From Dipteris shenzhenensis (Eukaryota): 64,000 nt of DNA. Position 1 is the first letter of the stretch. Each line of letters begins with the position of its first letter. Location: assembly GCA_047967505.1 (NCBI GenBank), contig CM106538.1, one strand, 5' to 3'. The position numbers were made by a program, and so were the translations under genes. Below, piece after piece: positions 1 through 13,277 of this stretch. The notes below the pieces were generated by a model. That model saw nothing but the letters and a program-made list of their open reading frames with translations, was not told where the DNA came from and did not search any database.

Positions 1-1250
1 ATTACAGAACACTGCAAAATATTCTGTCACTGCAAAAAACACAGCTTTTGCCTCACACGGGCAGATCTGCAAAACCGACGAGAGTGGTATTTCACCACAC
101 AGTCACTTCCTAGTGACGATTTTGCATCAACAGGCAATAGGCATGAATCTACAACTCCTAATATCTCTACACACAGGCATACGATGCAATTTCTGCGGCA
201 CCTTTTCACCGACTAGCCGCGCAGTGGTCGCACAGCAAAAATTAGGGCCTTTTTCTGAGTGCCTGCGAAGAACTTCCGCCTTCAAAACGGGCCCCGAAAC
301 GGCCTCAAATCAGAAAAATAAAGTCACTCTCGCCACACCGCGAAGGGCGTCTCAATCTGAAACACCGCGAAGGGCGTCTCAATCTGAAACAGTGCACTCC
401 TGCACTTCTGGCTGTGCTACCTGCAGAGATTTGCTCCCAAACTCGAAATAGGAAAGCAACACTGGTCCTCTTACCAGGACACCACGAACTTGGCTTGCTT
501 TCTTGAGCTCCTTACCACGAACAAGGCTCTGATACCATGTGAAGATTGTGGGAGAGAGGGAAGGAGTCTCACTTGCGGCTTTCTCACATGCACAATGGGG
601 GAATACACACAAAGGTGGAGGCTGAAAACAGTTTTCCTCTTCTTAGTTGTGTAAGCCAAAAGAACTCTAGTACAAAGAAATAGAAGAACCCTATATGTGG
701 GTCTCAAACCAAACTCAACTAACTAAGGTGGCATACTAACTGAGCCACAACTATAGTAGATAAGGATAGCTGTCATCCAGCTATTATTTGTGGGCGGTGT
801 ACCAACCGCATCTCCAGCTAACAAGTCGGTGATATAAGTACACAACGGTCACCCTGGCATATCTCGAGTGGAGCTCGATATCTCAACACTGATACCATGT
901 GAAGATAGTGGGAGAGAGGGAAGGAGTCTCACTTGCGGCTTTCTCACATGCACAATGGGGGAATACACACAAAGGTGGAGGCTGAAAACAGTTTTCCTCT
1001 TCTTAGTTGTGAAAGCCAAAAGAACTCAAGTACAAAGAAAATAGAAGAACCCTATATGTGGGTCTCAAACCAAACTCAACTAACTAAGGTGGCATACTAA
1101 CTGAGCCACAAACTAGAGTAGATAAGGATAGCTGTCATCCAGCTATTATTTGTGGGTGGTGTACCAACCGCATCTCCAGCTAACAAGTCGGTGACATAAA
1201 TACACAACGGTCATCCTGGCATATCGCGAGTGGAGCTCGATATCTCAACA
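1..1250 (-). mobile_element. 5' end of a Ty1/Copia element (family A): two tandem LTRs, PBS and 5' leader running off the window
   Basis: TG..CA LTR copies at 538-888 and 898-1250. tRNA-iMet PBS (rc of TGGTATCAGAGC) at 526-537. Leader 1-525 is nearly identical to the leader of the intact Copia at about 24455-24930. Confidence 0.9.
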
Positions 1251-1949
1251 AAAGGCCTTAGTTTCACTCAGGTCACTGTTTTGAGTCCTAGTTGCGGAAA
1301 CCAAAATTAATTAATAACTCATGATGCGTGTGTGAGTTTGAGTTGAAATAAAGAGAAAGTTGCATTTATTTTCTATTACAATGAATTCTGTGTAATCAGA
1401 CAGTGGTTTCTGACAAAAGAGAAAGGACTTGCCTTGTAAACTGGTCATTTTTAGTCCTAATTATTAAAAATAATGTATTGAGTCATATCTCTGGGTTGGT
1501 GTGTCAAAATGCAATGAAATAACAAGGAGGTGCTGTTTATTTTTTGAGAGAAATAATAATTTCAAATCAAAAGGGTGCATTGAAGAAAAGGTCAATAAGT
1601 AAAATACCTAATTAAATGCTCATCCAAGATATGATGTCTAGTGATGATTACATGTGAAGGTGTTTCGAAACATGGTGAAATAAAAAGAGAGTGCCATTCA
1701 TTTTCTGTTTTAAATCTGAATATTAAGTTATATTTCAAAGATGTTTAATATTGATAGTGGCTCCTTTGTAAAAGTCATGGAAGGCAATGTGTGATAAGAG
1801 TAATGAGATTGGACTACATTAGTGCTATTTAGGATTTCTCTAGCCTAGTATTACCCTTTTTAATGTGCAATAGCCTAATACTTGGCTAGTCAGATACCCA
1901 TATTTGAGGATACCTTTAGGGTTCTCCAAAGGTTCACCTCTCTACACAA

Positions 1950-4900
1950 CAATCTTGGAGGTGGTGTATTCAATACTCTACAATAAGAAATCCACCAAAA
2001 AGAGTATAGTTTCGAGATTGCAACAAAATCTTTTTCTTATCACGTTTATCTACCGTGGGTGGATATTGTGTAGTACTCAGAAAATTAGCAATATCAATGT
2101 ACCACAGATATTCCACTTGAACTAAGAACAATTGAGCATTAGGTAGATCATCATCCACACCAAATTCAGTATCGACGATTAATAACCGGGATAAATGATT
2201 GGCTAACACATGAGTTTTGTCTGGTTTTGTCACCACTTGAAAATCAAACTCTTAAAATATCAACATCCATCGGATTACTTGGCCTGATAATTCTGGTTTG
2301 TTGAGAAGATATTTTAAAGCCTCACGATCCACATAGAAGATGAATTTATTTCCTAGTAAATAATGCCAAAACTTTTCCATAGAATACACCATAGAAAGGC
2401 ATTCCTTTTCCATTGTGGTATAATTTCTTTTTGCATCGTTGAAATTTCGACTAGCATAATAGATAGGATGGTCCAATTTATCATTTCCACTTTGGCAAAG
2501 AATGGTACCGACTGCTACTAGTGATGCATCTGATGAATATGGAATTATATGGTCCAATCTAGGGGTATCAAAATAGGTGTTTCAACCAATTTGGACTTTT
2601 AAAGCTCAAACGCTTGTTAGCAAAGCCTTGTCCACACGTAAGAAATATCTTTTTGCAAAAGTGTGGTTAAAGGCAAAGCAACTTGTGCAAAATTGGCAAT
2701 GAAACGGCAATAATAGTTCATATGGCCCAGAAATCCATGCAATTGCTTCAAATTTTGAGGAGATGGTAACTCACTGACCTTCTTAATCTTTCCCTTATCC
2801 ATAGAGATGCCATCCTTGGAAACCACATGCCCTAAAAGAATGCCTATCTCCACACCAAAGACACTTTTCAGGATTTAAAGATACACCGACTTCTGCACTG
2901 CGCTCAAGCACCTGTTCTAATTTACCAGGCATATCTGCTTGATTACCAATGACACAACAATCATCCTTCTATCCATTGCCTCAATAAGTCTTGACAAGCA
3001 GCTATCATCACGCTTTGGAATGTTGCAGGGGCATTACATAGCCCAAAGGGCATAACTTTATAGGCAAATGTCCCCCATTCTGTGGTGGTGAAAGTGGTCT
3101 TAGGCTAATCGTCTGGATGGGATTAACACTTCATTTATCCATTAAAACCATCCATAAATGAATAAAGCTCATGTCCAGCAACCTTATCTAGAACTTGATC
3201 AGTGATGAAGGGTAACGAAAAAATGATATTTCTTAGTTTTATTATTAAGTTGTCGATAATTCACACAAATTCAAATCTTTTTATTCTTTTTTGGAACGAA
3301 CACAATGGGTGAATGAAACCCACTCACTATAGGACACTTGGTAAATAAAACCCACATCTAACTTAGTAAGCTCTGCTTTCACCAGTTTTTCATAGATCGG
3401 ATTCATCCGTCATTGGGATGCGTCAATTTTACGAGCAAAAACCTATGAGCAGGTTTATCCGAGCGTGTTTTTCAAGAGATTTTTAAAAATGTTTTTCTTT
3501 AGGAAACATGGCTTTTACACTTTTATTTTTACTAGAACTAGATCCCTTTATCATAAAAATATACAGACTAGTCACTCATTCATTTTTACACAACATAATT
3601 TTCTTATTTAGAGACATCCCTTTGTACCCCTGTTATTACCTTAAAAAAGTGTTGATTGCTTTAAGAAACATTCCTCATAATCACTCTCAATGTAATAATA
3701 CTATGCATATATAATTACTTATTAACACATTTATATCATATGGCAATATCTTTTTAGTGTTTTTATAGCATATTTATGGACATGTTTCTAAAGAAGTTTA
3801 AATTACTATAAATAAGTATTAACTTAGGCTTATATATCACTCTCATAAAATACATGTAATATTTAATACTATATATGAAAGATTTTCCAAAATATAACTC
3901 CATAGATGTGCTCAAATGGGGTGTTCCAATCAATTTGAGTGGTTGAATGACTATATTTGGACATTGGATATGAAAGTTATGTCACTTTTAAAAGTGCTGT
4001 CCAAGGTAGTTTCGCCAGCGAAACTACCTTGGGAGACTTGCTTGAAAGGTTTCGCTGGCGAAACTACCTGGATGGCTTGCTTCAATGAGTTTTCTTTGAA
4101 AAAACTCTTTCATGAAGATAGGTTGAGAGAGGGTTTTCAATGTCACCCCCTATTAAGTAAAAGTTGTAAGAAGGATCATAAGGGAATTTTCATAGAGAAG
4201 TCTACTCTACATGTGGGTTTCTTCAAAAGCCATCCCATTATGCTCTCACCATTCCTACAGATTCACCTAAAGATTTTTGTATAAAATAGGCATTGCTATA
4301 ATGCTTTGCATATTTCTAAGTGAAACTATGTTTTCTTCTGATCGATTTTTGCCATATTTATGCATAGTTGGAAGCTTTTTTTTTCCTTCGCTTGGACGCT
4401 CGGAAGATTTCGCTCAGAAAATGCTCGTCCCCCGTCATTGTTGTTGACACATTGGTCGTGCTTGTGGCTCTAAATCAATATAGTGTTGAAAAAGTTCAGG
4501 TTTGATCCCCTTTAAGTCCTTGTATGTCCATGAAAATACATCCATGTGCTTCTCCAAGACACGACAAAAATTTGTCAGATGATCTCCTACTAATTGTGAA
4601 CCAATCACTAAAGATTTGAGCTCCAATTTTGTCACCTCTATGCCAACACTACCCACATAGCGTGAATGGAGTACACATGCTCAGAATCCCTTGAGAAATC
4701 TTCATAGGAATGGACTCTAATAACCCATGTGAATTTGAATGCAATTGCTCCTGAACATCTGAAATTAATTCCCTCCCAATTGGTACATAAGGTATGATGG
4801 CTTGACATTCACTACTTTCCTTTGCTTTGTTTCCACTAGCTCTACCATGAATCGATTAAGGTCTAGGGATTTGTCTCTCTTTCTATGTCGTACACTACCT

Positions 4901-5160
4901 CACTACGTAGTTGGATGCTTAATTCCAATATCTAGAGGAGATATTCTTGATAGTAAGAAGTTATCATTCTTTATTTTAGTGGTTAGCTCATGATAGTTTA
5001 CAAGAACCTACACATAGCCATCCTTTCTAGGAATGATTGCCACAGGCACAATCCCTTCATCATAAGCCCCTGGGTAAATAAACCCTAAATCCCTTGTGCC
5101 TCCATGCCATGTGGCAGCTTGCCCTTTACTCATACCTTTGCTCTACAAGTGCTCATGGCA
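1950..5160 (-). pseudogene. Degenerate Ty3/Gypsy pol (RT-RNaseH), interrupted by an insertion at 3416-4431
   Basis: Motifs DVFSWTYKDLKGI, LGHVVSKDGI, FLGHMNYYCRFIANFA, DASLVAVGTILCQ..HPIYYASR, NYTTMEKECL; many stops and frameshifts; outer limits approximate. Confidence 0.85.
3416..4431. mobile_element. Non-autonomous DNA transposon, probably Mutator-like
   Basis: 9-bp TSD CCGTCATTG at 3407-3415 and 4432-4440. G-starting imperfect inverted ends. Removing it rejoins the Gypsy frame (QQQ*RMNPIYEKLV). Second copy starts at 63442. Confidence 0.8.
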
Positions 5161-5339
5161 CCACAACTCTCAACAAACACTCATATATTGATAGTGAGCT
5201 TAATTAACATACAAATTAATGTACAAAATGTCATTATAAAAATGTGAGGGCCAAATTATACATAAGAAGACTTGTTGATGTCAAAACTATGAATTAGTAG
5301 CATTTACATCAACGGATTCATCTTGAGCCAAGTCTTGCA

Positions 5340-7540
5340 TGCCAAATATGTCTATCTCAAGGTTTACATAAAATCGCTCACCTACAACATCATCATCCCC
5401 TATTGTATGTCTACCTAAGACTTGATCCTCTAGTTTACCAGGCTCTAGTTCTCCCTGTTCTTCCCCAAAATTGTGATCTCCACCTTCATTACAATGTCAT
5501 TATTGTCACCTTCTTTGTGGCCCATATCATCATCTTCATCCTCTTCCCTAGATCCATCGGCATCATTATTTGGATCTTCTACAAGCATCTCCGTATCCAC
5601 ATTCCTATCTTTAAAAATATGTTTGCTTCGAGGAGAAACTTGGACCACGTACCACCATATTGGATCCAAATGATATGGATGAAAGACCACCTATGTTGAA
5701 GATCCAAATTAGGTGCTAGTAATTATATTCATTTATGCTCAAGTATTAAAAACAAAATATATGAAAATCTACCAACATTTGTTTGAAAACGAAGATATTA
5801 GCTTTTAATTAATTCGTTAGTGTGTACCTATTCACAATGTGTTCACAATGTTCTAGAAGAACAAAGGTATCACTTTCATCGGTCCAGGCTTGGTGGAGTC
5901 AATGGCAAAGAAACCACATATGTCTCTCCTGACTGTAGAATTGGGACCATTGTAGATAGTTCTAAACCATTTGATATAAAGAATGAAAATACTAAATCGT
6001 GTAAAATTAACTTCATAGATGTCATGCATGGTCCCACAATAATCTAACTGCAAGGAGAGAAGATTGGTATCAGAAGCACTTGCTCGGCTATCTTGTACAA
6101 AGTTAGCCATGACTCCACAATTATATGTGATTCTACTTGAATCGATGAATTCCACATGAAAATGCCATCCATGTGACCACAATGCACTATACTTTTTGTA
6201 CTACAAAGAACATGATTAAAACAATGAGGATGCATTTTGTAGTGATTGTGATCATAAATACCCAAATTAAGTAGAAAGGTTAAAAACTTACATGTGGCAT
6301 AAATACAACTACAAGCTCCCGCTCTCAATCATGGTTACATCCTCTCTATCATGTTCGGCTTCACAAAGAGCTTCTTGTAGACAATCACGGGACATGTGTC
6401 TGGGGAGAAGAGCAAGGTTTGGTGGATATAGCACCCTCCGCCTATGCATGACTCTAAATCTTGCCCTCTCATTTATTCTTTCTTCTTTGGCCTCTTCATA
6501 TCTCTCCACCCATATTTGCATCTCAGGACTATTGAGGACACAAAACTTATTGAATTTCTCTCTTTGCTCTTTGTTCATCTTTCTTTTGACCCCTTTACCT
6601 TGGGGAACCTCTGCAATGACACGATCATTGTCCTTGATGTTCCAAGCATGTGTCATATCGGGATCCATGGATGCAAGAAACTCTATGATGTATACTAATG
6701 AATGTTGCACAAGCCATCCCTCTACCATGCTTGCTTTGGGTCTAGCTTTACAAATCCCTTCAAGGTTTTCATAAACTATTCAAGGAAAAACATCCAACAA
6801 CTATGAACGGTTCCTGCAATGGCAACCTCATCACCTACATGTACAAGCAAGCACACTTGAGTCATCATAATGCTTGAGGGAAAGTGCTTCTCAAGAAGGC
6901 ACACAGCTTCAATGGAGTCCACCTTAGTCCTCTCAATGCTTGATACAGAGATCTCTTTTTGTGAGATCCACCTATTCCACATGCACTTGTAAGATTCGAT
7001 CTTTAATACCCATCATTTAAAATTGTATGAAATATAATGAAGGTGATACGATAGCATACCTGACAATGCCACTAATCTTGTAGATAGCAGTTCTAACATC
7101 TTCTAATAAGCATCCTTTCACTATAATTGGGAGGATAAACTACCCAAGCAACAAAGGAGTTACAACAATGTGTCACAATCATATAAGTTAATTACACGAA
7201 AGCATCAACATTTTAGTTCTATATACTCTTCTTTCAAGCTAGCATGTAGAATACCTATAAGACCTTGCGCCAATCATGGGACTTGAGGCCAATAAGCTTA
7301 TTGTCCCTTGTAAATGATCCCCTCAAGCAACACATGTGTCCCATAGGTGTTCAAAAAGATGCAATATCCACCTTGACCCTTGCCTCCTCTACCTTGAAAA
7401 GGATCCATGGTGTCTTCGGGAGAACAATTCATGTAGGATGCTCTTGGGTTTTTGAACGACCTCCTGAGTTGTAGAACCACGCTCTTGAGTTCTATGCACA
7501 TGCTTTTGAGGCCATAAGTGAGCCATTCTACTCATCTCAT
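5340..7540 (-). pseudogene. Degenerate CACTA (En/Spm) transposase, DUF4218/DUF4216-type region
   Basis: GLKSHDW, EKHFPSSIMMTQVCLLVH..GTVHSCWMFFLE, MVEGWLV, TYNCGV..YCGTMHDIYEV..KWF, VFHPYHLDPIWWYVVQ. Confidence 0.8.
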
Positions 7541-9310
7541 TGTTAAGATATCGAGCTCCACTCGTGATATGCCACGGTGACCGTTGTGCATTTATGTCAT
7601 CGACTTGTTAGCATCGACTTGTTAGCTGCAGATGCAGTTGGTACACCACCCATGAATAATAGCTGGATGACAGCTATCTTTATGTACTCTAGTTAGTGGC
7701 TCAGTTAGTATGCCACCTCAGTTAGCTGAGTTTGGTTGGAGACCCACATATAGGGTTCATCTATCCTTTTGTACTTAGAGTTCTTTTGGCTTTCACAACT
7801 AAGAAGAGGAAAACTATTTTCAGCCTCCACCTTTGTGTGTATTCCCCCATTGTGTATGTGAGAAAGCCACAAGTGAGACTCCTTCCTTCTCTCCCACTCT
7901 CTTCACATGGTATCAGAGCCCGGTTCATGGTAAGGAGCTCAAGAAAGCAAACCAAGTTCACGGTGTCTTGGTAAGAGGACCAATGTTGCTTTCCTTTTTC
8001 GAGTTTGGGAGCAAATCTCTACAGGTAGCACAGCCGAAAAGTGCAAGAGTGCACTGTCTCACATTGGGACGCCCTTGGTGACATTATTTTTTTGATTCGA
8101 GGCCATTTAGGGGCTGTTTTGGTGGTAGAAGTTTTCCACAGGCACTCAAAAAAGTGCCTTATTTTTACTGTGCGACCATTGTTCTATAGGTCGATGAAAA
8201 GTTGCCGCAAAAATTGCATCGCATGCTTGTGCATAGAGATATTGGGAGTGACAGAATCATTCTTATTGCTTGTTGATGCAAAATCGTCAGTAGGACATGA
8301 TTGTGTGGTCAAATACCACTTTTGTTAGTTTTGCAAATTTGCCCTTGTGAGGCAGAAGTTGTGTTTTTTGCAGTGACAGAATATTTTGCAGTGTTCTATA
8401 ATGGCGTTCGATGCTTTTTCATAGATTGTCACTGAAAAGCTTAACAAGAACAACTTCCAAGCATGGACGTTTAGAATGATGAATTTCCTTAAGGGAAAAG
8501 GCTATTGGGAGTTCATTACTGTGGAGCTAAACAAGAACCAGTTATTCCTAATGTTCCAAACCAATGGAGTTGCAGGCATTTAAAGGATGGCATGAGAGAG
8601 CCAAAAATGTTATGTATTAGCTGTCTATCAGTATTTCACATTCTATGATTGTGCATATTCAAGATGCAAGCACACCAAAGGAGGCATGGGATACTTTGAC
8701 AAAAATGTATAGCACAAATATGCAAGCCAGGAAAATGCAGCTCAAGCAGGAATTGCATAATGTGCAGAGAAAATATGAGCATCAATGACTACCACATGAA
8801 GGTGAAGAAGATTGCAGATGCACTTGCTTCCATTGGGTCACCAGTGGAAGATGATGACTTAGTTTCTGTGACCTTGAATGGTCTAGGAAAGGATTATGCA
8901 TAGTTCTGAACATCCATTGCCATCCATGAGAATTTTCCTAATTTTGGGGAGTTGATTGCTCTTCTAATTTCTGAAGAGCAGAGAAATGGTGGTGCATCTT
9001 CTTCAGGAGGAACTTCAAAAGAATCTATCTTCTACTCAAATGCTGGAAGAGGTAGAGGTAGAGCAGGCCGATCTGGAGGCCGTGGCAGAAATCAGAATAT
9101 GCAGCAAATTCAAGAAAACCAGTCCCATGGAGGAGAACGTGGTAACTTTAGAGGCAGGGGGAGCCAAAGAGGTCGTGATGGATGGCAGAGAGGCCAAAAT
9201 GCAAACAGCAATGTTGAATGCTACTAATGTGGTAAAATGGGTCATATGGCTAAAGACTGCTCTAAAAAGCAGAATGACATCATGACTCAAAAATTGCAAT
9301 AAGGCCATTA
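7541..9310 (+). mobile_element. Truncated Copia (family A): 5' LTR, PBS, decayed gag
   Basis: LTR 7541-7907 homologous to rc of 538-888; PBS 7908-7919; gag remnant from about 8400 homologous to the 25019 ORF; cut by the family D LTR at 9311. Confidence 0.85.
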
Positions 9311-10466
9311 TGTAAGAAAACAATACAACGTCTGTGCTCAACAAATAACAGGATCTCGTATGCAAGAGAGAAAAGCAGATAGTATGGAGAATCAAAAATT
9401 TGATTACCGTAGAACTGATACAATAGATGGTGCTGCCCCCCAACAATGTGCTTCTGTGTGAGAAGCTTTGATGGCATGCTAGAAATAGTAGAGGATGGAG
9501 GCTGGATGCTAAGGAATTAGGGTTGCTGTAGCCAGTGATGATTATGGGTTTCATGGGCTTGCTCTTATATAGCCACCAGTCGTAGTCGGTTAGACCCAAT
9601 TGGGTGACCGACCCAGTCTGCTCAAAATGGCCGACTGGGGGTCGGATAGGCCACCGACCACATGATAGAACAGTGGTGCAGAATAGAGCAAGTAATCTAC
9701 GTTCAACACTATATTAGAGAATTTGGGAAAATCCCAATTCCCACAAAATAAAATATAGTCACTTCAAAAGTAAAATTTGATGTTTTTTATTGAAACATTA
9801 GCTCCATTGAGGACCATGCACAATACTTTCCCAATTCCTAGAAACCCAAGCAAAAATCCTCCGTATGTTGCTATGGCAAAAGGCCTTAATAGATGTGAAC
9901 ATGGCTCCATGGCCAAAACATTTGTTGATTTGCTAGTGAAAGAAAGATGTTTATTGTTTCGTATGCATCAAAACCACAAACAAAAGCCAATTTATAGATG
10001 TTGCATTAGGAAGATTCATTGGAGTAAATTAAATTACAGTATTGATATATGCAATAGGATTGTTATAGATCTTTGACATCCATCATATAACTGTGGTCTT
10101 CAAAAACAAAATTAAACTTGCAACAGCTGTTAATTTTTATTTGGTATATTAGATGTATCAAATCAATGTCAAATGCATATGTTTCTATGTTGATAAATTG
10201 CAGTATTGACATATGCAATTGACATATGCAATAGGATTATGGTAGAGCTTTAACATCCATCATATAAATGTGGTGTTCAAAAACACCGTTTTATCACAAT
10301 AGAGCTCATGAAACTCTCCATCACAATAGAGCTCATGAAACTCAGAGACATGGTCTTGATAAAAACCTTTTTTTAAATTGCTTTCTTGTACTAAATATAA
10401 TCAAAACCATTGACACATAGCCAATTTTGCACCACATCATTTAACATAATCATTAACAATTCCATA

Positions 10467-11028
10467 CTAGTATTCATACTCACAAAGTAGCTCATCTCCG
10501 AAGGAGATATCCTTTATGGTTTGCATAGTAATGTAGCCATGGGCACTCAAATTTCCTTGTGACTTTTGAGCCCAAGGTGGTAGTTTAGGGGTGTATACAA
10601 ATATAACATTTGTTCTTTCTTTATAATACATTGAGCTATTTATATATCGAGCAATGTTTCCATACAATACATCTCCCACAATACATTTCACATCTGTCAA
10701 TGGCTCAATGAATGGATCTTCAAACATTCCATAAGTCTTCATCCTTGGGAAAAACTTGAGGAGAGATCTCCAAGTATCATAATCATACTTTGGACCATTA
10801 TATACCATCAAATCTTGTTTTTTCTTGATGCTCGTATATGTACAAAAAGACCATATCCTGCCCCAGGTATCAACTTGATTTCTTTACTTCATAATGGATG
10901 CCATTCATTTTGAACACGTGCTCAATGGGTATGGGCAATTTATGTTTCCATAAGCCATTGGATGCAGGATCAAAATTTGTAATAAGATAGCTCTTCAACT
11001 TTTGAGGACAATCTGCAACACCTATCAT
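10467..11028 (-). pseudogene. SET-domain (lysine methyltransferase-like) gene, frameshifted
   Basis: EVKKSS/IPGAGYGLFV, MVYNG, GNIARYINSS, TIKDISFGDELLCEYEY. Confidence 0.8.
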
Positions 11029-11275
11029 ATGTTTAAAATCAAAGAATCATTCTTTTAGTGGAGGAATACAAACTCACATCACAAAGCACATAGCATTTTT
11101 TGGACAAGGTACTAACTCAATGTCTATTAATTCTTTCACAAAACAAATTGAAACATAATGTTTCGCTAATCGAATCTAACCAAATAGTGTCCAAATATAA
11201 ATCAGAATGTAGGTACAAATGTTTTAGTTGAGCATTTGTGTCTACAACTCTAATTAACAAGATCACTCACATTCC

Positions 11276-12565
11276 CTAAGGGTTGTCTATGCAGTAAAAT
11301 CGAATCAAGTTGGCTAAGAATGCCCTTGCAGCATCGGCAGTGATTCCCCTTTCCTTGCATCCAAGAACCATAGCAAAGCGTTTTGCCTCACTATCTTTCA
11401 ATGGCCCCATTTTGGCAATTTTTCCTAGCATGCATTCTTCCTCTTTATTCAATGTAGCATGTTGAGCATGCACCATACTTCTTGTAGTAGGACAAGTCCC
11501 TCTCACTCTAGTTTTGGTTATAGGTGAAGTAATACCTTTCTCTGTGTCTTTTTTTGAACTACAAGTAGACATATGAGATTTGACATTCATCCTTTCGAGA
11601 AATTCTTTGTTTTTTTCTTTGAATTTAAGGATCACTGGTTGAAAATAATAGAACATATCATGCCCTTCAACAATCGGAGCTTGACCAAATCTGTTAGAAG
11701 AGATGGCACTGCGCACATCTACTGCATCATCTAGCATCTGTAGGTACAGTAATAACTCATGAAGCAAAATAGAATCACCACAATCTATATCAAATTTTGT
11801 AAGGAAAATGCAATTTTCTGCTGGATTAACACAACCCGTGTAAGGCAAAATATCAATGAACACTGTTCTTGCTGGTTTGCATTCCTCTTTAAAACAACAC
11901 CACACTCTCATTAATGGTTTAAACTCCACTTCCACATTCATCCTATCTAGTTGAATGATTCTACTCTTTGTATGCTTGTGGCATGCCATCGCACCCCAAA
12001 CCATGAAGAAATGTAACTTTCTGTTAACATGACGCTCCAAAGTGTCCAGCATGTGTTGCACCATGCCCTTTTCTCTTGCAGTGGACCAAATGCCAACATG
12101 GTAGTGATCGAGCAACCATTGTAGAAACTCTAAACACCCAAGACAAAGAACAAGCCAATGCTTCCCATTGTGCAAGCTTATATGTTTATTTGACTTCGAA
12201 AAACAACACTCGAGCAATAACCCTTTCAAATCTATTATCACTGCTAGTCTTATTTTTGTTATCACCTCTTTTAACATTATTTCTGAGGGTGACATTATGT
12301 CTTCTCCTTTACCTTCTAAGATTTCTTCCTGCACCTTGGCTTCATACAATGACATTGCATCATCTCCTTTACCTTCTAAGCTTGCATTCACATTTGTCAA
12401 TGGAACATTAACTGCAGACATTGCATCCTCAACATTTTCAATCAACCATGTTGAGCTTGGAACTTGCATGCTAATGTTCAAATTAGGCACATAATGAATC
12501 ATTGGATCAGGTCTCACATGTACAGGCAATGCTTCTAGCGATGTGAAATTGAGATGGCCAATATC
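11276..12565 (-). CDS. FCP1/NIF (HAD, CTD phosphatase-like) domain exon
   Basis: AVIIDLKGLLL (DxDxT position, degenerate), GCLEFLQWLLDHYHVGIWSTA, FKPLMRVW, RTVFIDILP..NPAENCI; candidate acceptor near 12565. Confidence 0.7.
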   Translation of the reverse strand, partial: DIGHLNFTSLEALPVHVRPDPMIHYVPNLNISMQVPSSTWLIENVEDAMSAVNVPLTNVNASLEGKGDDAMSLYEAKVQEEILEGKGEDIMSPSEIMLKEVITKIRLAVIIDLKGLLLECCFSKSNKHISLHNGKHWLVLCLGCLEFLQWLLDHYHVGIWSTAREKGMVQHMLDTLERHVNRKLHFFMVWGAMACHKHTKSRIIQLDRMNVEVEFKPLMRVWCCFKEECKPARTVFIDILPYTGCVNPAENCIFLTKFDIDCGDSILLHELLLYLQMLDDAVDVRSAISSNRFGQAPIVEGHDMFYYFQPVILKFKEKNKEFLERMNVKSHMSTCSSKKDTEKGITSPITKTRVRGTCPTTRSMVHAQHATLNKEEECMLGKIAKMGPLKDSEAKRFAMVLGCKERGITADAARAFLANLIRFYCIDNP

Positions 12566-13277
12566 TGTTGATAAACAAGGAAATGAAATTCATAAGTAGA
12601 AACAAACTAAATATTGAGATGGAAAACCAAATTGTCAAACTTTAGGTTGTGTGCTCTCAATGCAATTTGTTTGTGTGAAAGCATTCATGTTTTTATTTTT
12701 CAAAACAAAATTGGAATACTAAAAAAAAGAAAGCATTCATGTTCATATGCTTAGTATACCCCCTAAAGTTGTTGAATCTATACCCTTTCAAGTTATTGTA
12801 ATCCCCAAAACTACATATCCTTACAATGCCAAATACCTTTGCATAATAGATAGAGTGGAGTCCAACATTATCTAGCATTGCCCGAGTGTTCCCACTAAGA
12901 AAAGATTTGGCCAAGCGGCCAAAACATATTTGAGCATTCATATGAAGTGAATAAGGATAGAAACAACAATTTACACTAATTCATTCATCACGATCAAGAC
13001 TCAACACACTTTTTAACATTTATGAACTCATAAATAAATTTGGATGTGTATCACACTCCGAAGGTATTACAACATGCAAACACATCTTTTCATGAAATAT
13101 AGAAAATTAAACATATTCAAGAATACATATGAATGTTTGAATTATGGCAATGAGATAGAAGAAATTTCCAAGTAATATTAAAAGATCTTTGGAACAAAAT
13201 TAATACATCATATGGAGAATATAGCAAGATAACATATGGAAAACACGAACACCATATAAAAGGACAATTTCAAGGAC

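Noticed and set aside
9707-9711. Classifying the 13.6-kb element as CACTA because CACTA occurs at its left end
   Set aside because: The inverted match extends outside it, the right end reads CACCA, there is no 3-bp TSD at that boundary, and the transposase lacks CACTA Transposase_21/DUF4218 motifs.
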